Below, piece after piece: positions 8,387-14,378 of a stretch of DNA of 32,000 nucleotides. The notes under the pieces were generated by a model. That model made no database searches and was not told the origin of the DNA. It saw nothing but the letters and a program-made list of their open reading frames with translations. Each line of letters starts with the position of its first letter. Positions within the stretch are counted from its first letter, which is position 1. The stretch spans positions 240,001 to 272,000 of the forward strand of contig DIRZ01000002.1 in the NCBI GenBank assembly GCA_002421785.1, written 5' to 3'. The stretch comes from Candidatus Saccharimonadota bacterium (GTDB lineage Bacteria; Patescibacteriota; Saccharimonadia; Saccharimonadales; Saccharimonadaceae). The translations under genes were made by a program, and so were the position numbers.

Positions 8387-8863
8387 TTACTGAATCGTAA
8401 TCTTTTTAGCTTGCTCTTGCTTGACCTTCGAGAAGGTGATGCTCAGAACGCCATCTTTAAGTACGGCCGCAACTTCATCTTCTTTTACTGGTACGGGTAG
8501 CGCTAGCGTGCGGCTAAATTCGCCCCAGTAGCATTCCTGGATGTGCCAGTTTGTTGCTGCGGAGTCGTCGCCGCTACTAAGTGTACCGCTGATAGTCAGG
8601 ATGCCGTCAGAAATGCTGACATCTAGGTCTTCTTTGTTAACACCGGCTGTTCGAGCTTTTACGACAAGCTGTTCGTCGGTTTCGTAGACGTCAACAGCGA
8701 GCTGTCCAGGAAAGTCATCTTCCCCATCGGCCCAGCTGGCGTCGTCGTTCATTGGTTCTTGTGGGGCAGTTACACTGGTAGCCGCCATGCTGTCGTCATC
8801 GTTCAGGAACGCTGCAGCGAGTTCATCTTCGATCAATAGATCATCGTTTTGCTTACGGGCCAT
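8387..8863 (-). CDS. Hsp20/alpha-crystallin family small heat-shock protein
   Basis: Alpha-crystallin domain (LAVDVYETDEQLVVKARTAGVNKEDLDVSISDGILTISG ... FSRTLALPVPVKEDEVAAVLKDGVLSITF). Start trimmed to ATG 8863, which has GGAGG 6 nt upstream and lies downstream of the promoter at 8909-8937. The track's 198-aa version would start upstream of that promoter. Confidence 0.85.
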   Translation of the reverse strand: MARKQNDDLLIEDELAAAFLNDDDSMAATSVTAPQEPMNDDASWADGEDDFPGQLAVDVYETDEQLVVKARTAGVNKEDLDVSISDGILTISGTLSSGDDSAATNWHIQECYWGEFSRTLALPVPVKEDEVAAVLKDGVLSITFSKVKQEQAKKITIQ

Positions 8864-8908
8864 GATATCCTCCACTTTCTCATTGGCTTTGACAATTAGT
8901 CTGGGTAT

Positions 8909-8937
8909 ATTATAGCTAACACCTGGGGTATAATCAA
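8909..8937 (-). promoter_or_regulatory. hsp20 promoter
   Basis: On the minus strand: TTGATT (8937-8932), 17-nt spacer, TATAAT (8914-8909). It overlaps a plus-strand TATAAT at 8929-8934 that could serve comFC. Confidence 0.55.
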
Positions 8938-8967
8938 CAAATAACGATTTGAGACGTAAAAAATACA

Positions 8968-9630
8968 ATGCAGATAAGCCCATTTACACTGATTGCTCCC
9001 CACTACTGTTGTTCTTGCGGTGAAATTGGAGCACTATTGTGTGAGTATTGTAAATATAACATCGAATCAGAGTCTTTGGAACAATGCATTGTGTGTGAGC
9101 GCTTGGTTAGTGGAAATGAAGCCTTGTGCAAGGACTGTGATGTCCCCTACGCCCATGCCTGGTGTGTGGGTAAAAAGTCGGACGAACTAGAACGGCTCAT
9201 TACGGCATATAAGTTTAGTCGAGCAAAGGCGGCCCATCGCTCGCTAGCACAACTCCTCGCGCAGACGGTCCCCACACTTCCCCCAGACACTATCGTTACC
9301 GCCGTTCCAACGGTCGCGGCGCATATTCGCGAGCGCGGGTATGACCATGCCGAACTAATTGCGAGGCAATTTGCCCAGCTCGGCGGGTATGAATACAAAC
9401 GAACGCTCAAACGGCTAACGACGGCACGACAGCGCGGGGCGACGCGTCGTGAGCGTGAAGCACAAGCGAAAGTAGCTTTTGGGCCCGTCGCACCGCTCAC
9501 GGGAACGTATTTGTTGGTGGATGATGTACTAACGACAGGGGCAACGCTTAAATATGCGGCGGGCGCATTATTGGCCGCAGGTGCGAAGGAAGTATGGGTT
9601 GGCGTGATTGCACGGCAACCCCTAGAATGA
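8968..9630 (+). CDS. comFC: ComF family protein (ComFC-type competence protein, PRTase fold)
   Basis: 220 aa. N-terminal paired CxxC motifs (CCSCG...CEYC, CIVCE...CKDC) and a C-terminal PRPP-loop (YLLVDDVLTTGATL). Confidence 0.75.
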   Translation: MQISPFTLIAPHYCCSCGEIGALLCEYCKYNIESESLEQCIVCERLVSGNEALCKDCDVPYAHAWCVGKKSDELERLITAYKFSRAKAAHRSLAQLLAQTVPTLPPDTIVTAVPTVAAHIRERGYDHAELIARQFAQLGGYEYKRTLKRLTTARQRGATRREREAQAKVAFGPVAPLTGTYLLVDDVLTTGATLKYAAGALLAAGAKEVWVGVIARQPLE

Positions 9631-9642
9631 TGGCGGTATCTC

Positions 9643-9651
9643 TGGTATAAT
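9643..9651 (+). promoter_or_regulatory. Extended -10 promoter element for tRNA-Ser(UGA)
   Basis: TGG-TATAAT, 16 nt upstream of the mature tRNA 5' end. Confidence 0.5.
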
Positions 9652-9667
9652 CCAAAAGACAATTTAT

Positions 9668-9755
9668 GGAGAGGTGACCGAGTGGTTTAAGGTAACGGTC
9701 TTGAAAACCGTCGTGGGGCAACTCACCGCGAGTTCGAATCTCGCCCTCTCCGCCA
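9668..9755 (+). tRNA. tRNA-Ser (anticodon UGA), CCA encoded
   Basis: Acceptor GGAGAGG/CCTCTCC, anticodon stem acggt/accgt with loop cTTGAaa, long variable arm, T-loop GTTCGAATC, 3' GCCA. Confidence 0.9.
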
Positions 9756-9763
9756 TGCAATGA

Positions 9764-9784
9764 CCAGCCGAACGGCTGGTTTTT
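9764..9784 (+). terminator. Hairpin plus T-tract after tRNA-Ser(UGA)
   Basis: ccagcc-gaac-ggctgg followed by ttttt. Confidence 0.65.
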
Positions 9785-9787
9785 GCA

Positions 9788-9930
9788 TGGCGGAGTGTGT
9801 TTTTGAACTCGCGGGTTTTGCAGGTATGCAAAACATACCGCTGTGTTCGGTGGAGTGAAGGCGGAAACGAGAGCTTGCTCTCAGGTTTCGCCAAGCAGAA
9901 AAGCGTAGCGCCACCTCGCCCTCTCCGCCA
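9788..9930 (+). ncRNA. tRNA-Ser trailer element, copy A (tRNA-derived structured element; candidate ncRNA or att scar)
   Basis: Contains two long hairpins. The arms of hairpin 1 are an inverted and a direct copy of the T-arm of the adjacent tRNA. The last 16 nt (9915-9930) are identical to the tRNA 3' end (9740-9755). See findings. Confidence 0.45.
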
Positions 9931-9934
9931 CATT

Positions 9935-9965
9935 AAAAAAGACTTGGTACATGCCAAGCCTTTTT
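9935..9965. terminator. Bidirectional terminator (trailer element A on plus, pilin P7 on minus)
   Basis: aaaaaa-gacttggtacatgccaagcc-ttttt: a hairpin flanked by an A-tract and a T-tract. Confidence 0.7.
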
Positions 9966-9994
9966 AATTTTGGAATACGTAACCAAGTGGATCG

Positions 9995-10417
9995 CTAGCG
10001 AGTCGATGCCCCATAGGCGCTCGTACCGGCAGTATTGGACGCGGTTGGCACAAAGCTGTTAACGACAAAGTTGACCGCTGCGTAGGCAAGGATGGCAATA
10101 ATCACACCAACAAGCGCGTAAAGAATCGTGTTTTTGGCTGCTTGTACCTGGGAGGCATCTCCACCAGAGATAACATAGCGGAGGCCACCAATAACAATCA
10201 TGATAACGGCGATAGCACCCACAATAAAGAGCAAAACGCTACTGATTTTTGAAAACACACCTGTATCGCCGAAAAGATCATTCGGCTGCTGGGCGCCACG
10301 TGCGGATGCGGCGCCATCGGCGATGGTTCCGACGGCATGAGCCTGGGCAACATCAAGCGCGAGAACAGTAAAAGCTGCGAGGACATATGTGCTAAATAAT
10401 TTTAGTGAACGTTTCAT
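9995..10417 (-). CDS. T4SS pilin-like small membrane protein P7 (dispersed seventh paralog)
   Basis: Start trimmed to ATG 10417, with AGGAG 7 nt upstream. Signal peptide MKRSLKLFSTYVLAAFTVLALDVAQAHA, core GGLRYVISGGDASQVQAAKNTILY between two TM helices. No Cys pair; Ser/Thr/Ala-rich C-terminal tail. Confidence 0.65.
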   Translation of the reverse strand: MKRSLKLFSTYVLAAFTVLALDVAQAHAVGTIADGAASARGAQQPNDLFGDTGVFSKISSVLLFIVGAIAVIMIVIGGLRYVISGGDASQVQAAKNTILYALVGVIIAILAYAAVNFVVNSFVPTASNTAGTSAYGASTR

Positions 10418-10511
10418 TGTTTGCTCCTTGGGTTTATGCAGTTTGCATCTATCTACCAGTATACACGCATTATAAAAACCTGCCATACCCCTGTACGTCG
10501 AGGGGTGATTA

Positions 10512-10520
10512 TGCTACAAT
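10512..10520 (+). promoter_or_regulatory. Extended -10 promoter element for tRNA-Ser(GCU)
   Basis: TGC-TACAAT, 32 nt upstream of the tRNA. Confidence 0.45.
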
Positions 10521-10552
10521 TTCAAAAGCCCATACGTTCCAACACTCGATAC

Positions 10553-10645
10553 GGAGGAGTACCCAAGTGGCTGAAGGGGACGGTTTGCTAAATCGTTAGT
10601 ATGGGGAGACCTGTAGCGGGAGTTCGAATCTCCCCTCCTCCGCCA
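10553..10645 (+). tRNA. tRNA-Ser (anticodon GCU), CCA encoded
   Basis: Acceptor GGAGGAG/CTCCTCC, anticodon loop tTGCTaa, long variable arm, GTTCGAATC T-loop. Confidence 0.9.
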
Positions 10646-10651
10646 AGAAAT

Positions 10652-10677
10652 GACGAGCCCATCTGGGCTCGTTTTTT
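10652..10677 (+). terminator. Rho-independent terminator after tRNA-Ser(GCU)
   Basis: acgagccc-atct-gggctcgt followed by ttttt. Confidence 0.75.
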
Positions 10678-10719
10678 CCTGTCTTTCACCACTAATGGCG
10701 CTCATGCTATACTAGCGGT

Positions 10720-11430
10720 ATGCAACCACAACAGCCCCAGGACCAGCAGCCCCAGGACCAGCAGCCCGAGACATGGCAAACCCCGGCACAGGCGACGCCT
10801 CAGGCGCCAATTGAAGTTCCCCAAAGTGTGCCTACTGCTTGGGAATCATCTGTTGCGGAGCCTGCGGCACCCCAAGCGCCAGAGCAGACATATGAACAGC
10901 CCGAAGGGCCGAACGCCACGGCAGAAGGCACCGAAACCCCTACTGACGAGACAGCCGATTCGCCCGATGACGGCGCAGTGATTCGCTGGCAAGCAGCTGA
11001 GTATTTGCACCAGGACCAATCACCACTGTGGTTTGTGGTGATGGGTATTATCGTTGTGGTGTTGATGGCGATTGCGTACCTATGGATGAACTCTATCACC
11101 TTTGCTATTTTGATACCGGTCATGGCGGTGGCACTTGTGGTGTATGTAAAACGACCACCAGCAACCAACAACTACACGCTGAGTCGCAAGGGTATTCATA
11201 TTAATGACCAGCTGTACCCTTTTGACACCTTTAAATCATTTGGCGTCATTTCACGTGGCGGGAACCACTCTGTCGTCCTGACGCCGCGCAAGCGTTTTCA
11301 GCTGGGACATACTATTTACTTTAGCGAAGAGCTTGGTGAACAGATTGTTGACATGTTCGCAGCACGGTTACCGATGAAAGACGTTTCACCGGATATGATT
11401 GATACGCTTTTGTCTAAACTACGCCTCTAG
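10720..11430 (+). CDS. Membrane protein with Gln/Pro-rich N-terminus, two TM helices and a small C-terminal domain; unknown function
   Basis: 236 aa. Tandem PQDQQ repeat, TM pair (LWFVVMGIIVVVLMAIAYLW / FAILIPVMAVALVVYV). The ATG lies 6 nt after TGC-TATACT (10705-10713), suggesting a leaderless transcript. Confidence 0.6.
   Translation: MQPQQPQDQQPQDQQPETWQTPAQATPQAPIEVPQSVPTAWESSVAEPAAPQAPEQTYEQPEGPNATAEGTETPTDETADSPDDGAVIRWQAAEYLHQDQSPLWFVVMGIIVVVLMAIAYLWMNSITFAILIPVMAVALVVYVKRPPATNNYTLSRKGIHINDQLYPFDTFKSFGVISRGGNHSVVLTPRKRFQLGHTIYFSEELGEQIVDMFAARLPMKDVSPDMIDTLLSKLRL
10732..10770 (+). repeat. 15-nt in-frame tandem repeat (2.6 copies)
   Basis: cagccccaggaccag occurs at 10732-10746 and 10747-10761, followed by a partial copy. 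It encodes the PQDQQ units. Confidence 0.8.
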
Positions 11431-11433
11431 CGC

Positions 11434-11462
11434 TTGCTCGTACCCCTTATTTGTGCTATTAT
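11434..11462 (+). promoter_or_regulatory. Promoter for tRNA-Arg
   Basis: TTGCTC (11434-11439), 17-nt spacer ending in TGC, TATTAT (11457-11462). Confidence 0.45.
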
Positions 11463-11503
11463 TTCTCTTTGTTAGCCAGGTTAACTGGCAGGCAGTGGTA
11501 TGC

Positions 11504-11580
11504 GCACCCGTAGCTCAGCTGGATAGAGTGCTTGCTTGCGGAGCAAGAGGTCGTACGTTCGAATCGTATCGGGTGTACCA
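11504..11580 (+). tRNA. tRNA-Arg (anticodon GCG as read), CCA encoded
   Basis: Acceptor GCACCCG/CGGGTGT, D-arm GCTCAGCTGGATAGAGT, anticodon stem cttgc/gcaag with loop ttGCGga, T-loop GTTCGAATC. Confidence 0.8.
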
Positions 11581-11587
11581 AATAATG

Positions 11588-11615
11588 AAGGTTTCCTATC
11601 AGGAAGCCTTTTTTA
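11588..11615 (+). terminator. Terminator after tRNA-Arg
   Basis: aaggtttcc-tatc-aggaagcctt followed by ttttt. The stem has one mismatch. Confidence 0.55.
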
Positions 11616-11620
11616 TTGGA

Positions 11621-12088
11621 TTAAGAGAGATTTTTTGGGACAAACATGTTTCGCAACGAAAGAAAATCGTCTTTGAGTGATGCGCTATCATCAACGATCG
11701 ATTCGATATAGGAGCTATTTTTACCCCTTATTACATCCTTGGCTATCAACATAAAAACGATTGGAATAGGTGTTGCCCGAACTTCGGCAACCCGTATGAT
11801 TTTATCGGAAAAGTCCTTAATCTGTGACCGTTCCGTAATAGTGAGTGGGCGGGGAAAGAGACGACCAGATAGGTACCAGGCCGCTGCGGCTAGTGCGACA
11901 ATGACAAGCGTAACCGGCATTAATACGACGAGCAGGAGCCACCAGAACGGGTGCACCCACCCGCCTAGATAAAAAGTAAGGAGGTAAAGGGCTGTAATAA
12001 CTGACCCGACAATCCAAGCAGCGGGGATAAAAGCGCGACGAAATACGGTCGCTGTCAGGGCGCGGAATGTTTGGATTGTTGCCTTCAT
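11621..12088 (-). CDS. Small membrane protein, unknown function
   Basis: Trimmed to ATG 12088 (155 aa) because the upstream part of the 232-aa track ORF runs through trailer element B and a terminator. Two TM helices. TACACT lies 7 nt upstream of the ATG, suggesting a leaderless start. Confidence 0.5.
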   Translation of the reverse strand: MKATIQTFRALTATVFRRAFIPAAWIVGSVITALYLLTFYLGGWVHPFWWLLLVVLMPVTLVIVALAAAAWYLSGRLFPRPLTITERSQIKDFSDKIIRVAEVRATPIPIVFMLIAKDVIRGKNSSYIESIVDDSASLKDDFLSLRNMFVPKNLS

Positions 12089-12140
12089 ACTCCCTAGTGT
12101 ACTTGATTGCACGGCACGGTCATGTGATATTTCGCACAAT

Positions 12141-12166
12141 AAAACGACCCTTGGTAGGGTCGTTTT
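12141..12166. terminator. Terminator closing the tRNA-Ser(CGA)/trailer unit
   Basis: aaaacgaccc-ttggta-gggtcgtttt. On the minus strand the hairpin is followed by ttttatt. Confidence 0.65.
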
Positions 12167-12169
12167 ATG

Positions 12170-12316
12170 TGGCGGAGAGGAAAAGATATCGCTCCGCTCC
12201 TCCGCTTGCTGGACGGAAAAACACCCTCGGTACTTTTCCGTCTGCGCGGCGCTCCGCCGAACTCCTGGCTCGCTTTGCCCGTCGGGTAAACCCCAGGAGT
12301 TCAAGTTCCTTTGTCG
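12170..12316 (-). ncRNA. tRNA-Ser trailer element, copy B
   Basis: Same two-hairpin architecture as copy A. A 10-bp perfect inverted repeat gaactcctgg/ccaggagttc (12259-12268 / 12293-12302) is derived from the T-arm of tRNA-Ser(CGA). The terminal 12 nt (12170-12181) are identical to the tRNA 3' end (12356-12367). Confidence 0.45.
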
Positions 12317-12355
12317 CATTAAATATACCTATCGCAAGGATAGATATATTTAATG

Positions 12356-12447
12356 TGGCGGAGAGGAGGAGATTCGAACTCCTGGTGCAGTTTTAGCCAC
12401 ACACCGCTTTTCGAGAGCGGCACCTTCAACCACTCAGACACCTCTCC
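12356..12447 (-). tRNA. tRNA-Ser (anticodon CGA), CCA encoded
   Basis: Reverse complement gives GGAGAGG...ccgct-cTCGAaa-agcgg, a long variable arm, GTTCGAATC and CCTCTCCGCCA. Confidence 0.9.
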
Positions 12448-12458
12448 ACAACGAGTTT

Positions 12459-12487
12459 ATTTTAACAGAGGCTGACATGAAAGTCAC
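12459..12487 (-). promoter_or_regulatory. Promoter for tRNA-Ser(CGA)
   Basis: On the minus strand: GTGACT (12487-12482), 17-nt spacer ending in TGT, TAAAAT (12464-12459). It ends 11 nt before the tRNA 5' end. Confidence 0.5.
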
Positions 12488-12533
12488 CGCCCACCCACTG
12501 CGACATGCGCAACGGGTAGACGGTGTGGTTGGG

Positions 12534-13001
12534 TTAGAGCTTGAGCGCGTTGACGGCGGTGCCGACAATTTGCCCTTCGGACTGCGCGACGTCGGTCAAC
12601 TGAACCCACTCGACGTACGACCCCGATGTATCCCGAAGCTCGGGATTGATGGCATCGGCCAGTCCGTCGGTTTCGAAGACCTCCCAGTTATGGGCGTTTC
12701 GGGCTCGAACGGTCAGCTCTCGCTTGACGTGCTGCTCGATGAGCCGGGTGCGGGCGTTCACCTTCTCGTGGCTGCGGGCGCTGTCGCCAAGGTTGAAAAT
12801 GGCGAGTTTGACCGCGGCCTCGGTCGGGTCCACGAAGCTGTGGATGAGCACGCTCACCTGTACCTTCGTGTCCTGAATCACCAGGTCCATCTTCACCGGA
12901 TCGTGAACGTTCCGGTAGGAGCTGACCTTGTGAAGGTCGAACACGATAGCGATGAATACAAGCGACTTGGGACTCTTGTGGTAGCATGATACCTCCTCCA
13001 A
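12534..13001 (-). pseudogene. GC-rich foreign-looking ORF (155 codons), possibly 5'-frameshifted; unknown function
   Basis: Third codon positions in this frame are strongly G/C-biased. A hand count gives 42/60 G+C for 12721-12780. The only good RBS+ATG (GGAGG, 6 nt, ATG 12987) is in a different frame that encodes Arg/Pro-rich junk. The long frame can only start at TTG 13001, which has no RBS. Confidence 0.35.
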
Positions 13002-13088
13002 GTGTCGGTGCTACTACAACACCTTTATCCTAGCACAGAGGTAAAAACGAACGAAGCATGAGTACTAACAGAGAGTATAATAACAATC

Positions 13089-13484
13089 ATGGAAGATTCG
13101 ATTTTTACGAAAATTATTAATGGAGAGATTCCCTGCTACAAGATTTATGAAGATGAAGCGACGATTGCGTTTCTGGACATTCACCCATCCTGTGAGGGTC
13201 ACACGCTTGTCGTGCATAAATCTCCGACGCAGTTCGTGTGGGATCTTAGCGACGAAGAGTATGTGCAACTGATGGCGACTGCTAAAAAAATTGCACGTCA
13301 CTATCGCGACGTCTCAGGTAAGCCCTATGTACGAATGGACATCGTCGGTACAGATGTCCCGCACAACCACCTTCACCTGAAGCCGTTTACACATACGTCA
13401 GATACTCATAATCCTGGGCGCGAAAATATCGAGCCGGACCATGCATCCCTGGCGCTCGTTGCCGAGAAGCTCCGTCTGGCATGA
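13089..13484 (+). CDS. HIT (histidine triad) family nucleotide hydrolase
   Basis: 131 aa. FTKIINGEIPCYKIYEDEATIAFLDIHP and the triad HNHLHLKP. TATAAT (13076-13081) lies 7 nt upstream of the ATG. Confidence 0.85.
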   Translation: MEDSIFTKIINGEIPCYKIYEDEATIAFLDIHPSCEGHTLVVHKSPTQFVWDLSDEEYVQLMATAKKIARHYRDVSGKPYVRMDIVGTDVPHNHLHLKPFTHTSDTHNPGRENIEPDHASLALVAEKLRLA

Positions 13485-13936
13485 TAACCATCATTGCGAT
13501 TGGCAAACGGCACGAGGCGTGGATAGCTGATGGTGTTGAGCGCTATTCTAAGCGGCTACAGGGCCCGTGGAAACTCGACTGGGTGCTTTTGCCACACTCC
13601 CCCTATGAGGGGCTCCAGGCGCGCCAGGACGAGTCACAGCGTATACTTACGCGCCTTAGTTCTAATGATGTCGTCGTTCTCCTCGATGAAAAAGGCCGCA
13701 TGCTTGACTCCCCTTCCCTTGCTCGTCAATTTGAGGGTTTGCAGGCCACAGGTCGCCGTATCGTTTGCATTATCGGTGGTGCGTACGGTGTTACCGATGA
13801 AGTGCTCGAGCGGGCAAATTTTGTATGGTCTCTGTCTCCTCTGGTTTTTCCCCATCAACTTGTTCGGCTTATTGTGGCCGAACAGGTATACCGCGCGCAA
13901 AGCATTGCCAGTGGCCACCCCTATCATCACGAATAG
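13481..13936 (+). CDS. rlmH: 23S rRNA (pseudouridine1915-N3)-methyltransferase RlmH (SPOUT)
   Basis: 151 aa. ATGA overlap with the HIT gene. Motifs IIGGAYGV and LSLSPLVFPHQLVRLIVAEQVYRA. Confidence 0.8.
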   Translation: MITIIAIGKRHEAWIADGVERYSKRLQGPWKLDWVLLPHSPYEGLQARQDESQRILTRLSSNDVVVLLDEKGRMLDSPSLARQFEGLQATGRRIVCIIGGAYGVTDEVLERANFVWSLSPLVFPHQLVRLIVAEQVYRAQSIASGHPYHHE

Positions 13937-13948
13937 TTCGTCACCTAC

Positions 13949-13977
13949 TTGACATATTAAAAAGTTTATGCTAAATT
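13949..13977 (+). promoter_or_regulatory. Promoter for ORF 14013
   Basis: TTGACA (13949-13954), 17-nt spacer ending in TGC, TAAATT (13972-13977). Confidence 0.55.
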
Positions 13978-14012
13978 GAGTACTGTTACATCAATTAAAC
14001 AATAAACATTTT

Positions 14013-14378
14013 ATGCAACTATTACAAACACTCTTACATAAAACCATGACATTCGTTAGCCTACTGACAGCACTTGGGGTATTTATGCACGATGGTCGCG
14101 TTGACCGAGCGGCAATCACGGCGGTGAGTAAGCCACTTCAGGAAACAGTGACCCCTGGCCTTATCGCAGTGCGCTTCAAAAGCTTCCTTGACACCGACGC
14201 GCATACCCATCCCGACCACAATACGGCTAAGTCAGCATATTTCAAAAGCTTTAAGTATCAGTCACCAAGCATCCCACCTCGTCGCGAACAGGAACACAAG
14301 CATGTGCTGAGTGATATCGAAAACGGTGGTCGCCATGCATTCGACAATGCAAACCTTCCGATTCTCGATAACGCCTAA
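14013..14378 (+). CDS. Small hypothetical protein with N-terminal hydrophobic segment
   Basis: 121 aa with a strong upstream promoter and no SD. The 3' end overlaps the valS stop by 4 nt (convergent). The alternative start at M12 is not excluded. Confidence 0.4.
   Translation: MQLLQTLLHKTMTFVSLLTALGVFMHDGRVDRAAITAVSKPLQETVTPGLIAVRFKSFLDTDAHTHPDHNTAKSAYFKSFKYQSPSIPPRREQEHKHVLSDIENGGRHAFDNANLPILDNA

Noticed and set aside
8864-8983. 5'-extended versions of several track ORFs (hsp20 to 8983, P7 to 10486, valS to 16975, 11621..12319, 22950..23981, 29560..30057)
   Set aside because: In each case an internal start has an SD or a -10 element at the right distance. The extension would cross a promoter, terminator or RNA element, or would add a non-signal-peptide N-terminus.
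9147-9957. Minus-strand ORFs 9147..9662, 9548..9760, 9664..9957 and 9723..9914
   Set aside because: They overlap comFC in antisense, or run through tRNA-Ser(UGA), its terminator and the trailer element. Composition is Arg/Ser/Cys-rich and there is no RBS.
10514-10981. ORFs 10514..10705 (minus) and 10601..10981 (plus)
   Set aside because: Both overlap tRNA-Ser(GCU) and its terminator. The plus-strand ORF is an off-frame, Arg/Pro-rich reading of the Gln/Pro-rich gene at 10720..11430.
9740-12367. Classical tRNA-targeted genomic island or prophage, suggested by direct repeats of tRNA 3' ends
   Set aside because: The repeats are only ~145-190 nt from their tRNAs. No integrase, recombinase or phage genes occur anywhere in the window. 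The intervening sequence is a conserved two-hairpin structure. The idea is kept only as an alternative explanation in the trailer-element finding.
12477-12989. 170-aa plus-strand ORF, and the 99-aa minus-strand ORF 12688..12987 that has a perfect RBS
   Set aside because: Both lie in the GC-rich segment, where all frames stay open. The plus-strand ORF is Gly/Val/Leu/Asp/Arg-rich antisense-type sequence. The 99-aa ORF is Arg/Pro/Gly-rich despite its good RBS. Only the 155-codon frame shows G/C-biased third positions. The RBS mismatch is reported as a finding instead.
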